Positions 11,754-25,936 of a DNA stretch of 64,000 nt are shown in pieces. The stretch lies in contig ML992510.1 in NCBI GenBank assembly GCA_010093995.1, positions 447,504-511,503 on the forward strand, read 5' to 3'. The first letter of the stretch is position 1, and each line of letters begins with the position of its first letter. Made by a program: the position numbers and the translations under genes. This DNA is from Elsinoe ampelina (lineage: Eukaryota). Under the pieces are notes generated by a model that was not told the origin of the DNA, ran no database searches, and saw only the letters and a program-made list of their open reading frames with translations.

Positions 11754-14700
11754 CTCCTACTTAGCTCCTATAGATAAGCTATTAGGTTAATAATAAGCTA
11801 AGTTACTTTATAAACCTTGTAAAGATCTAACCTTATAATAGCTTAGTTAACCTATTAGCTACTATATCTACTGTCCTTATAAACTCTACTTAAATCCTCT
11901 AGTCCCTTTATAGCCTCCTAACGTAGTAGTAAGCGACATTAATGTGCTTTGCTCTTTTATAAGTATATAGCTCTTTTATAAGTAAAAGAGCTACTTAGTT
12001 ATTACTATTAATTCTAGTAGTAAAGAGTAATCTTATTATTGCTTTCTAAGATTCCTTTATAGTTAGCCTCTATAGTAATTGCTTAACTATCTTATAATAG
12101 CCTATGTCTCTTAGTAACTAAGATAGGAACTGTAATTTCTTTATATAAGAGTATATTACTATATATTTAGCCTCTATAGTAGAGGTTAAAACAGACTTCT
12201 ACTTCCTACTTATCTAGCTAATAGGACTACTTATAAGTATAAAGACATATCTAAGAATAGAGACCCTATCTAACTTATCTAAGGCATAGTCTAAATTAGA
12301 ATATCCCTTAAGAGTCTTGTTTCTATTTCTCTTAAATACGATGCTAAGATCTTTAGTTAATCTAATATATCTTAATATTCTCTTTATTTTAATAGTATAA
12401 CTGTCTATTAGATCTGCTATAAACTAACTTAGCCTTCCTAAGGCAAAGGCAGTATCTAGCCTTATTAGAGTGCCGAGGTATATCTAGCTTCTAATAGTAT
12501 ATAAGTACTTAGTTCTACTAAACCTTATATTATCTTCCTAAGCTCTTTAAGGGAGCTTATTATCTATTAGCTGCTTTGTTAGAGTAACCTTGTTAGAGGT
12601 TATATTAAGCCTCTATAGTACATTATCTATATAGTAGGTTTAATTAAGTCTTAAGGTGCCTTATTGTCTGTCCCTTATAACCTTAACCCTAAGAACTTTA
12701 TTAACCTTACTAAGATCTTTAATCTTAAAGATCTTACTAAGTTCTTACTTAAACTACTAGATATTCTTCTTACTTTATACTACAAATAGTATATTATTAA
12801 TATAAACTAAGAGAATAATCTTCTTATTATAGTATATAAGAAGATAGAGGTCTACTTTGCTCTAAGTAAAGCCTAGCTTTAGGAGCTTAGAGATATAGTG
12901 CTAGTTCTAGTCTCTAGTAGCTTACTTAAGTCTATATAAGCTCCTTAGAATCCGGAAGGTAAATCTAGGACTAACCTTTAGTCTAGGTAGTAGCCTTATA
13001 TAAATCCTTTTATAAAGAAAGAACTCTATAAAGGCGTTATTAACATTTACCTAGTAACACTTAAGGTTACGTATATAAACAATAGCGAAGAACAGCCTAA
13101 GTATATCTACTTTAACTATTAGTACAAATGTGTCTTTATAGTTAATGCTATACTTCTATAAGAAGCCTCTAGTAACTAGTCTAGCCTTAAACTTTTTAAT
13201 AGAGCTATCTATATTATACTTAACATTAAAGACCTATTTAGATGTTACTAAGTTAGATCCCTTTAGAGGAATAACCTCTTCCTATGTATTATTTAAGTAT
13301 AAAGTATTAAGCTCTACATTAATTACCTTCTACTATTTGCTTCTCTATACTAGATTAGTAATAGCCTTATAGTAGTCCCTTAGGATTAGGACATGTTACT
13401 TAATAGAGACTATTATAGTAATCTTATTAACCTTATCTTACTAATTAATATACTTAGTAATAAAAGCTCTATAGTACTTAGCTTTAGGGCCTTTATTATT
13501 AGAGTTATTATCTCTTAATCTCTTAAGTAATTAACTTATATAGTTAGTTAGTGAAGATTAAACTATTAGCTCTTCTCTATGTTAGAAATCTACAAGGTTA
13601 ATAGGGTTAACCCTTAGAATCTTAATATATAAGAAGATTCTCCCTATAGGTGCTTTATTCTAAATAGGCTAATTTAGTTAGTCTATCCTAGATCTAACCT
13701 TAGTCTAAATCTAAGTTAGTCTACTAACTAGTCTCCTAACTAGTGCTTAATTACTTATAGTATTAATCCTAATACTAAGATTAATATTACTACCTTTCTT
13801 AAACTTAGAGAATTTAACATTTAGTAACATAATTACTACCTTCCTATTAGGTGCCTATATCTTATATATCCTATTAGTTCTATCTATATAGCTAAGGAAT
13901 ACTCCTACTCTCTCTCTATCTATAAGCTTGTCTTTTCTTCTATATATAGGAAGGGACTTTAGGTTTATATAGATATATACCTTATAGCTCTAGACCCTAA
14001 TATAATTAACTAATAGCTTAATACCTATATAGGCCTTAATAGGTATAACTTGCTTATTATTAATTATAGGTCTAGTTACTATTCTGTTTCTTAGATATAT
14101 ATCTACCTAAACTACTTTAGGCTAGAACTTATTTAGCATCTTTAAGTCCTTAAGTATTACTCTTATGCTATTCTCTAAGGTTTAGATGCCTTTCTCTACT
14201 AGTCTATTCTAAATTAAATTATATAGCTTAGTAGTTATATAATAGATACCTTCTTAGTGCTCTTACTACTTTAGGATCTTATTAAGTTTACTAGTATTGT
14301 CTAATCTAGTAACCTTAACCTTAGTATTACTTTCCTTCTTAACTCTTAGCTTCTACTTAATGAGCCTTTATAGAGCTTTATCTCTTATCTTAAGTAGACT
14401 AATCTATATTATCTTTAAGTAGCTATCTATAAGCTCTAGGAAGTATCTAAATCCTTCTCTACTTACTTTAATTAGGCTATAGATGTTAGTATAGATAAGC
14501 TAAAGAACCTCTAGTCTTCTCTATAAGGTTTTACCTCTTCTATTTCTTATCTTAGTAAGGGAATAGACCTTACATAGAATAGACAGATTATAGTTTAGGT
14601 TAATAGGTTTCTTAAGAGTTATAACTTTATAAAGATCCTTAAGCTTCTTAATCCTAAGGTAAGTAAATCTCCTATACTAGAGCTAATACTCTATCTTAGA

Positions 14701-16709
14701 GTTATTAGGTCCTAAGTTAATAAAATTCTCTTATTACTTATCCTAGGTTAGATATATATACTTAGTCTATAATATAATTATAAGCTAGGTAGTAAGAAAT
14801 GCTAAATCCTAATTAGCTAGATCTAGAATTAAGCCGGGCTTAGATCTAGAATACGGCTTTTAATTAGCTAATTACTTAAAGAGGAATTAGATAATATATA
14901 CCCCCCCTCGAATTCTAGCTTTAAGCAATAGTTGCTTTTACTAATTAAGGATAAGAAAAGAATTTAAATTAAGAACTCTAGAAACCTCTAAATCCGAGTA
15001 TAGCTTATAATAGAAGACTAAATTTATACTAAGATTAGGTACATAAAGAGCCTATATCTTTATCTTATCTCCCTTCTTAGTCTTAATAACTATAGTTCCT
15101 ATTAACTATAACTAAAAGTAACCCCCCCTAACCTAGATCTATTAAGTGTAAATCTTGCTTAATAGGCCTCTAAAGAGAGTTAGCTTGTCTATTATATAGT
15201 TAGATACTCTAGAGTTAAGCATCTACTAATAGTGTAGAAGCTTACCTTAAACCTCTAATATAGAACCTATAGTCTTAAGCTCTTTATTACTAGAAAGGAC
15301 TTCTAGTAGTAGAGATAGAGATATTAATAGTAGACCTCCTTTAGTAGCTAGATAGGCTTTACCTTTCCTCTTTGACTTAGCTACTTTAAGAGAGTCTATT
15401 CTCTTAGTAAGCTGTCTTATAAGTTTAAGTAGTTCCTAGCGCTTAGGTAACTACCTCCTTATAGAGCTACTCCTTTTAGTAACTCTATAGGATAGCTAGA
15501 CATACTTCTTAGCTTATTAGAGGTAAGGACACCTTAACATAGAGTGTCTAGGTTCCTTATATAAGATATATATATAATTTAAGCTTCTACTAGTTCCCTA
15601 TTATAGCCTACCTCTTATAAACATAGTAGATTCCCCTTCTCCCTTTTATGCTTTCTTTTCTTTAAGAATATTATAGATCTTATCTACACTAAGGTAGAGT
15701 TAAGTATCTAAGGTATCTCTTATAGTTAACTATAAAGCTAAAAGAGTACTAAGTAGTCTCTAAATTCTTGTTATTAGTAAGGAGTATTACTTAATCTCTA
15801 AAGACCTATTAATTCTCCTTCCTAATATAGTTAGGTATAACTAGGTATCTAAGATAGTTATATTATTACCTATAGTATATATTATAAACTCTTTCTAAAG
15901 TTGTCTTACCTATATACCTATCTACTTTATATACTTGCTCTTTAGCTTCTCCTAAGCTAGTTTAGCCTACTACTATTTCTAAATTATCTCTTAATCTCTC
16001 TTAGAGATATATCTATAGATCTAGTAAAGGGTAGTACTATTCTCCTCTACTAATAGAGGAGAATACTAGGAGTTAAATAAGAAAGTTAATAATAACTCTA
16101 GAGTTATTACTAATAGTTTAGTAAGGGAAGTAAGGGTCTATAATACCTTTTTTAATGTAAGCTAGAGCTCTATTTGTTAGAACTACTTCTTATAGTTGTC
16201 TTTAGAGAGTATAGGCACTAGCTACCTTAATTAGGTGTTGTTATCTTCTATAGCTAAAGATAAGTTCTAGAGTAGAAAAGAACTTTATAAATAAATAGAT
16301 AAAGGTCAGGATCCGGAGGTTAATAACCTTTAAGTTGATTCTTCTAGGTATTAAGATCTTTATACTAGTCTTAACTAGATAATTGTTAATAAGATTAATA
16401 GGTACTTAATCTTAAGAGAGAAAACAGTAATAAAACAAATGTTGTTTAGTTGTTCATAGCTAATAAATAGCAGCTGTTATACAATTACAGAAATAAATCT
16501 ATAGTAGACGTCTTAATATGTCCTACTTAATACACTAAGTAACTAGTCTTTTACGCTTTATACCGCCTCTACTAATCTGTCTAAGATTAAGATAATAGAG
16601 GAGAAACAGAGAAGAATACTAATAGAATCCGGCCTGATTTTGATAATGTAGATACTTAACTATAGTATATATAATCCTATACTTATGCTATAGCTCCGGG
16701 CTTATAACC

Positions 16710-16912
16710 TGTTAAGTAGAAGGCACATTTAGGGGTAGAATATTATATAGAACCAATCGCACACTAGTTAGGTAATAGACGAGTTAATTGATTAAAAGGA
16801 GTCTATCTACTAGAAGAAAGAATAGCTATAAATCCCTAGGCCTTAGCATTATATAACTTAAGGTTATATAACCTTATAGCCTAATTATCTAGAGAGAGCT
16901 ATATTCTTAACA
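16710..16912 (-). repeat. 5' LTR of Copia-B
   Basis: TGTTAAG...CTTAACA with terminal inverted repeat; PBS adjacent. Confidence 0.93.
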
Positions 16913-17038
16913 CTTATTAATATACCTCTAGATCTGTTTAGCTATAACTATATAAGCTATAGTTAGATTCTAAAGGAACTTAGCTAGGTAATTAGTAGTA
17001 TAGCTAATATTAGGCCTTATATTATTAGCTAGATATTA

Positions 17039-17098
17039 NNNNNNNNNNNNNNNNNNNNNNNNNNNNNNNNNNNNNNNNNNNNNNNNNNNNNNNNNNNN
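17039..17098. other. Assembly gap (60 N)
   Basis: Run of N. Confidence 1.
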
Positions 17099-18912
17099 CT
17101 TAGTTCTATAAAGTTAAACACTAAGAAAGAGGTTTAAGTTTATAATCTTTATTAGAAACTTAAGATAAAGATCTCTAACTAGCTTATCTATATACTTCTA
17201 CCTAGTAGTAATAATCCTAAAGTTATTAATATATATAAGAACTATATAATACTTATTAATAAAGAAATAAGCATCACTATAGGATTTGATAAAACTAAGT
17301 AATAGAAGTGCCTTAACTATAGCGTTATACTAGAGGGTAGTAGCTTACTTAAGCCTATATAAGCCCTTTATAAAAACAATAAGCTTATTCTATTTACTAG
17401 AAATTAGTATACCTTCTAGGTAGGAGATATAGTTCTTAATATTAATATCTAGTCTAAGGAATATAGTAACTATATTAGTTATTATAATAACCTAGTTATA
17501 ATAAAGAGTATATATAAGAATTACTCTTCTAGTTTTAGCTCTTAGTATTAGTATAAAGGTTCTAATAAAGTTAATACTTACTCTTTAAGTAAAGCTCCTT
17601 ATAGTCTAATAAGCCTTATATCTTTTAACTTTACTATTAGTAAGCCTCTTAGTCTTAAAGACCTATTTACCTATTATTAGCCTAACACCTCTTAGTGCCT
17701 AAAATTTCTTAATAATTAAAAAGGTTTTAGAGTTAGTTAGAGCCTTCTACTCTACCTCTATTATAGCTTACTAGTAATAACCTTTAGGAGAGAATAGTAT
17801 ATCTCTTACTATTTATAGGTCTAGCTTAAAATTAATAGCTATAGATCTAATAATCTTACTATTATTAAGTTTCTTATAATTAATCTAGTAATATGTTCTA
17901 AAGAATCTTCTAATAGTTTCTTATAGTAAAAGAGATCTTTTCCTTTTAGTATTTTACTAGTTAGAGGTTAAATATTAAATAGTGTAATAAGAAAGTTAAT
18001 ATCCTTATTCTATATATATATTAGTAGTTAATTAATATTAACTATAGGATTAAAGGTTAAATATAGTTTACTAATAACTTTAGGTAGTAGTATTATAAGG
18101 TCTTTACCTTTATAATTAGTAATAATAAGTTACTTCTCCTATTTATTAACAGGTTAAGGATCTAGTTTAGAATATTAGTATTACTTCTTCTATTCTTTAA
18201 TAGAGGTAGATAATTATTATCTATATCTAGGGATTAAAGGGTAGTTAGATATTAGTTGTTCAACTTAAAGTTGTTTAGCCTAAGTAGTTTATAGATTCTT
18301 ATAACTAAAGGGTAGTTAATTATAGCTATAGTCTTAATTATAATTACTACTAAATATCTACTCCCCCTAAAGCTATAAAGCCTTAAGTTATTATACCTAT
18401 AAGATATATAGCTATTTAATAACTTATATTACCTAGTCTTTATAGACTATATTCTTATTAAATGTTATATAGAGTAATATAATAATCTTTCCCTTCTAGG
18501 CTTACTAAGCGTAATACTAATAGAGTATCTAGATAAGGTAATTAGTCGTTAAGTTATTCTATATACTAATATACTAACTAAGTAGTGCTCTAGCTTAGAA
18601 TTTATATAATTTAGAAACATGTTAGTTATAGATATAGGCTCTATAGCTAAAGCATCTAATGTAAGTTAATAAGACTAGTCTATTATTATTAAGAAGATTC
18701 TTTTTTAGCTCTTATATAAGGATCTTCTTAGTTTTAGTATAGGTAATTCTATTACTAATATAGATTATAAACTCTATAACTATATACTAGAGTTTAAGGG
18801 GTGCTCTATAGTTAATAAAGATATATCTTACTCTAAGAATAACTACTTTATTAGTAGCCTTAGATTTACTATTTTAGTATTAAGTATTAGATATAGAGAT
18901 ATTCTATCTCTA

Positions 18913-19375
18913 TGTTACGAACTAGTAGGACAGCTAGAGCATAGAGACGTTAGAACTAATTAAACTACTAAGGTTATTACGTGACCTAGCTCGATATTTA
19001 CCTAGTTCTCTATCTTCTCTAGCGGCTCTACCTTAGAAACTATAGAGCGTATAGGTTACTAGTAGACGTATACTCTATGTTACTCTCGACTCTCGCTATA
19101 GAGTATATAGAGTATATAAAGTACATAATAGAGAATATATATATATAGAAATAGTTCTTACCTTATATAAGTACTATAGTTAACCTTATCTAGATAGTAA
19201 ACACTAGTATTACTAAGGCTAGCCTTTATAATACTATCTAATTATACTTTATTATCTATAAGATATACCTTCTCTAACTCTTACCTTAGTACTATACTAC
19301 TATAGAAGTAGAACTACCTTGTTCTTAGCTTAGCTTAGACTACTAGTGTAGACTATATTTAGATAGTTTATAATA
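18913..19375 (+). repeat. 5' LTR of Gypsy copy 3
   Basis: TGTTACGAAC start; direct repeat of 25,474-25,936. Confidence 0.93.
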
Positions 19376-22300
19376 TTTTAACTACCCTTACTATAGTATA
19401 GCATACTACAAGGTTAATAAGTAACTCTTACTTTAAGTTACTATTAGTATCTTTAATTACTAGTAAGCTAGAAAAGCTTACTATTAATAACATATCTACT
19501 ACTAGTTTAACCTTAGATAAACATAGAAGGTCTCTTAGTATAGAGGAAAGACAGAGTAAGCCTAAGTTAGAGGTAGAACTCTTCTACGGGGACTACGCCT
19601 ACTTAAGGCGCTTTCTTATTTAACTTAAAGCCTTCTTTACTCTAGAAGGGAATAAGTATACTAACGACATAGTAAAGGTTCTCTATACTAGGATACACCT
19701 TAAAGGCGCTACCTTCGAGTAGTTCGAGCCTTATATAAGTAGCTACCTAGATAGATAACTAAGCCTAGATATAAAGGCTATCTTTAAGAGCTTTAGTATC
19801 TTCTAGGCAAAGATTAAGTAAGTCTTTAATGTATCTAATAAGGAATATATTGCTATAACGAAGATCTAATAACTATAACAACGTAGGTCTATAGCCTAGT
19901 ACTACTCCTAGTTCTAATAACTTATAATATATCTAGATTAGAATAATAGTACTAAACATTTAGTATTCTACTAAGGACTAAGCAACTTAGTTGAAGACTA
20001 AATAATACTCGAGCTGCCTAATAACCTCTAAGAACTAGTAGATACTATAATTACTATTAATAACTAACTTTATAAACGACATATAGAACATTATAGAGAA
20101 TATAAGGTAAATACTAGATATACGTGTTTCTCTCGAAACTATAGAGACTCTATAGAACTTAATACTATATACGAAGGCTGCCCCTTATAGGTATAAGGCT
20201 AAGGCTATAGAGGAAAGTTCCTTAGTAGAAAAGAGAGAGAGAAGTATAGACAAGATAATCTATGTTTTAAATATAAAAGACCTAGATATTAAGCTAGGGA
20301 CTACTAATAAGAGGCGCTAGCTAATAAATTATATATAATAGTTGCCGGGCTAGTAGAAACAAAGGCCGACACTACTATAGAAGACTTAATAACCTTTAGC
20401 GTAGGTAAGGAAATATAGAAGGAGTCTATAATAACTTAAGAGGTAAGAGAATCCTCTCTAAATATTATACTTAATATCTCTATAACCGATAGTAAATAAC
20501 AAAGCTAATATATAACACTATTATAGATAGTATATTATAATAACTCTTATTATATTTACTTATTAGATAAGTAAGGATCTAGTTAGTTTTTATATAAGCT
20601 ATCTAAGCGTAGGTAACTAACGAAATAGCTAGACTAGGAACCTAACCTAAAAGAGCTCTCTATAATTAGTAGTAATATTAACTAACCTTAGAAGATAGTT
20701 AGCAACAATTACTAATATACAATTATTAAGATAAAGTATTAGGACGTAAGTGCTATATAATAATATAGTAACCTTACCTTTAGCTCTTATAGCGAACTAT
20801 AAGAAAAGATATATTATATATCGCTCTAGAAATGTATAAATCTAAATTATAAATAGTACTATACTATCTACTTATACGATATACTTAGAGAAGACACTAT
20901 TAGTCTTAAATATACTATAGACTTCTTAGTAATTAAAATAGGTAGTACTATCCCCTATAGCTAAGTAAGAGAATATACTTAGTATAGCCTTACTAATTAT
21001 AACTATACTAGGGGTAGTAGCGATAAAGAGAGATATAACAAAGAATACACCGAATAACTATAATATAATAATATAAATAAGGACTTATCTAATAACAATA
21101 ACAACGACAATATACTACTACTAGGCGGATAACTTAAGGTATACCTTATAGGAATATAGAGAAATTATATAATAATATACACCTACTACTAGAGTAGAAT
21201 ATAATAAGATAAATCTACTTAACTCGTATTTGTCTTTAATACTAACGCTTAGCTATACCTAGAAGAAATAGTTATACTAATATAGGTATATAATACTACT
21301 CGGTATAATTAGTAAAGAATTATTAGACTTTATAGTTACTAAGAGACTTAGGCGCTAGAAGTTTACCTCGCTATATTAAATAATAATAAGACATAACTTA
21401 CCTAATAGATATAGTACTAATAGTAGATACGTATAGGAAGGGATTAGCTACTTATCTAAGAAGCTATAATAACAAAAAACTAGCTAGTTATCGCCTAATA
21501 AGGTAAGATAATAACACTAGCTAAAGCCTTAATATAATAAAGATCTATATATTAAATTACTTTATACTAGAAGTTAAGGTATAAGGAAATAAGGTAAGAG
21601 TAATAATAGATTTAGGAGCTAACTATAGCTACGTCTCTATAATAGTTGCTAATTAGCTTAAACCTTATTAATATTAGAAGGAGTTACCTTACCTACTTAC
21701 TATAGTAGATAGAACTTCTATAGGAAAGAATAGAAAAGTTACTTAGGAACTATAAAATATTATAATTAAAATTAAAATATATATAGAAAAACGATTAATT
21801 AATATAGTTAATATATAGTATAATATAGTACTTAGTATAGACTAGCTTTAATAATATAATTTAGATATAGACTAGATTAAAGAAATACTTAAATTCCCTA
21901 AGTATAATTATAGAACATAGGAAGTATAATTAGCTCTATAGGTACTAACTATAAGGATAGTATAGGTATAACTAATAGTTAGGGCTATCGCTAGTATAAG
22001 TAATTAAGTACTTCCGCTAGAATATAAAGACTTTAAAGACTTATTTAAAGAAAGGAAAGACATTATAGCCTTACTCTAATATAAACTATAAAATTATAAA
22101 ATACTCTTTAAAGAGAGTAAATCCCTAATATACTATTAAGGTCTTATACTACTATTAAAATAAGAGAAGAATATTCTTAAGGACTATATCGACAAGTACT
22201 TACTTAAAGGATTTATATAACTATTAAAATTACTTATTATATATAAAGTACTTTTCGCACTTAAAAAGGATAGGATATTATAAATATATATTAATTACTA

Positions 22301-25300
22301 GAAACTTAATATACTTACTAGGAAGAATTACTATCCTCTACTAAGGATTAACAAACTTTAAGACTAACTACTTAGAGCTAAATAGTTTACTATAATTAAC
22401 ATTAGAGACGCCTATTATTAAGTATAAATAAAGAAGAGTAAGAAGTAAAAAATAGCTTTTAGAACGTAGTAGAGTCTATATAAGTACCTCGTTATACTCT
22501 TTAAGTTAACTAATACTCCTATAACCTTCTAAGAGTTAATTAATAATACTCTATAAGAATACCTTAATAACTTTATCTTAGTATATTTAGATAATATTAT
22601 TATCTTCTTAAAGACATATAATAAACATATAAGATATATTTATAAAGTGCTATAGAAACTAAAAGAGAAAGACCTACTAGTAAAACTCTCTAAGTATAAG
22701 TTCTATAAGTATAAGATACAATTTCTAAGCTATATTATATCTACTAATAGTATTAGACCCGATCTAAAGAAGATTAAGTTAATAAATAACTAGCTAGAAC
22801 CTATAATAGTTAAGGAAGTTTAAGCGCTACTAGAGTTCTTTAACTACTATTATAAGTTTATTAAGGGGTTCTCTAAAGTAGCTACGCTAATATCTAACCT
22901 TACGAAAAAGAAAATTAGCTTTATCTTTAACGAAAAATATAGGTAGGCCTTTAAGGAGCTAAAGCTTAGACTTATAATAGCACCTATTCTAGCACTCTTT
23001 AACTTAGACTAATAAGTACTACTAGAAATAGATACCTTAGACTTTGTAATAGAAGTATATCTAGTATAGAAGGATATAGAAGAATAACGCTACCTAATTA
23101 TATACTACTTATAAAAAATAACTAGACCTAAACTTAACTACGATATATATAATAAGGAGTTACTTATAATTATAGAAGCGTTCTATAAGTAGAAAGTATA
23201 CCTAGAAGAAATAACCTTACCTATATAAGTCTATACTAACTATAAGAACCTATTATATTAGACAATAACTAAGGTTCTTAATAGATAATAGGTTCGATAG
23301 TTAGAAATACTTATAAGCTATAACTTTTAGATCTACTATATTAAGGAATTAGAGAATAGTAGAGTAGACGCTCTTAGCTAATAACTAGACTACTTAAAGA
23401 ATATAACAATAATAGAGACCTCTATACTAAAGTAGCAAAACAGCGCTTTAGTCTATAAGCACCTAAAGGTAGAGTAATTATATAGCCTTACCTAGGAGCT
23501 TACGTAAGAACAGAAGTAAGAGGTTATTTAAATATACTATAATAACCTAACTACGGGACATAGTAGAATTAATAAGACTATTAAGCTTATTATATAAAAC
23601 TACCTATAGAAAGGACTCTAAAACGACGTTAAGACGTATATCGCTACCTACGATACCTACTATAAGTCTAAGCACTTCTAATATAAACTATATAGCCTAC
23701 TATAACTCTTACCGCTACTAGATAAACTATAGTAATTAGTTACGATAGACTTTATAGGACCTCTACTACTATTAGAAGAACCTCTTATAGGTGTAAGGTA
23801 TAATAGTATTCTAGTTCTAGTAGATAGATTTATAAAGTATTACTACTTTATACTATATAAGACAATAGTAACTACCGAGGATATAGTCTTTACCTTCCTC
23901 TAAATAATTATTTTATAACATAGAGTACTATAAGACCTAATAACTAATAGGGATAAGCTATTTATATTATAATTCTAGTAACTATTTATAGACCTACTAG
24001 GAGTTAAATATAAGCTATTAACTTTCTTTTATCTATAAACGAATAGACAAACTAAATAGGTAAATTAAGTACTAGAGTAGTACCTATAATACTATCTAAA
24101 CTATAAGTAGGACTTATAGGTAACACTATTACTACTTATAGAGCTTGCTATTAATAATAGAAAGTTAGCAAATAGGATTTTACTATTCTATATAAACTAT
24201 AGAATATACTTAGATTTATACTATAACACACTAGGAATTAAGCTAATATCTAAGGATACTAATATACTAATAGCTAATATTAAGAAACTATATAACTAGC
24301 TATACTATAATATAGTATTTATATTATAAAGAATAGTAGAGTTTACTAACTAGAAGAGAATTATAAGACTAATTCTATAGGAGAGAGAGAAAGTTTACCT
24401 CCTTAGTAGAAATATTAAAACGAAATAACTAAGTAAGAAACTTAACTATACTAAACTAGGACCCTTTAAGATCCTAGAAAAGAAAAACAAAAATATATAT
24501 AAACTAGAACTACTTAGATATATAAGGATTTACTTAGTCTTTTATATATTACTATTAGAGAAAGTACTATAGAACATAGTACCTAGACCTATTAAACTAG
24601 ATAAAGAAATATAGGAGCTATAGTATAAGATTAAAAGAGTTTTATATTATAAATTTATAAGGGGAAAGCGTTACTATCTTATCTACTAGAAAGAACATTA
24701 GTATAGTAAGGTAATATAGGAACTAAAGGAATACTTTACCTTATAAGTAATTCTAAATTACTAAACTAAAAACCTATCCTAAGTAAACTAACTAAGTAGG
24801 CCTAACGCTACTAATACTAAACAAAAACGAAAATACCTAAGGAAGACTACTTAGCTAATAGAAGTACTCTAATTGTTACTAAATAGAGAACTTTAATTAG
24901 AGTTAAGTATAAACAATTACTAATTCTATAGTAGAATAGGATTTACTAATAATAGTATTTCCTCTTACTTTAGAACTTAAATATAAGTTTCCTCTAGAGA
25001 AATTACTTTCTCCGCCTTATTCTCTAATTTCTATATCTCTTTATATAGGTAAAGCTTATTACCTATAGCTCTTTAATAAGCCTCTTTTACCTTTTTATAA
25101 GCTTCTTTAGCTTTCTTTCTAGTAGTCTTAGCTATAACTAATTTCTTTCGTAAATAAATATACTTAGACTAGAGACGCTACTATTCTAATTTTGTTACTT
25201 AAATATTATAACTTAAGTAGTTACTTACGACATACTAGCTATAAATACCTAACTAAATATAAACTTTATAGTCTAGCTCTTTTAACTTGTAACAAGAGCA

Positions 25301-25473
25301 AGCTTATAGTATATTAGTTCTAAATAATTTAATAAACTCCGAGAGGTTCTTTTATATAGATATACTAGATTTACTATGCCTTTAATAACTAGGAGATATA
25401 TTTAGTATATAGCGTATAAGGACAAGGAAGAATACTTACTTATTAGAATAACTTAATTAAAGGAGGAGAGTAA

Positions 25474-25936
25474 TATTATAAACTAGTAGAATAGCTAGAG
25501 CATAGAGATGTTAGGACTAATTAAACTACTAAGGTTATTACGTAACCTAGCTTAACGTTTATCTAGTTCTCTATCTTCTCTAGTAGCTCTACTCTAGAAA
25601 CTATAGAGCGTATAGGTTACTAGTAGACGTATACTCTATATTACTCCTAACTCTCGCTATAGAGCGTATAGAGCACATAGAGTATATAATAGAGAATATA
25701 TGTATATAGGAATAGTCCTTACCTTATATAAGTACTATAGTTAACCTCGTCTAGATAGTAAATACTAGTATTACTAAGGCTAGCCTTTATAATACTATCT
25801 AATTATACTTTATTATCTATAAGATATATCTTCTCTAACTCTTACCTTAGTGCTATACTACTATAGAAGTAGAACTATCTTATTCTTAGCTTAGCTTAGA
25901 CTACTAGTATAGACTATATTTAGACAGTTTATAATA
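25474..25936 (+). repeat. 3' LTR of Gypsy copy 3
   Basis: Preceded by polypurine tract AAAGGAGGAGAGTAA, followed by TSD CTCTA. Confidence 0.93.

Larger units (their letters stand above)
11551..16912 (-). mobile_element. Full-length Ty1/Copia element (Copia-B, 5362 bp); RIP-inactivated
   Basis: 203-bp LTRs at 11,551-11,753 and 16,710-16,912. TSD CTTAT on both sides. PBS GGTTATAAGCCC (16,698-16,709) and purine tract next to 11,753. RT relics LLVY(V)(D)(D) ~12,800 and V(D)VxNAF ~13,040. Confidence 0.95.
18913..25936 (+). mobile_element. Full-length Ty3/Gypsy chromovirus copy 3 (7024 bp); RIP-inactivated
   Basis: LTRs 18,913-19,375 and 25,474-25,936. TSD CTCTA. Relics of gag knuckle CX2CX4HX4C ~20,263-20,304, protease D(S)GA ~21,609, RT YLD(D) 22,584, RNase H, integrase and chromodomain ~24,624-24,740, in Gypsy order. 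Confidence 0.96.

Noticed and set aside
9220..13372. Two short + strand ORFs (9220-9405, 13,145-13,372)
   Set aside because: Chance frames antisense to RIPed gag and RT sequence.
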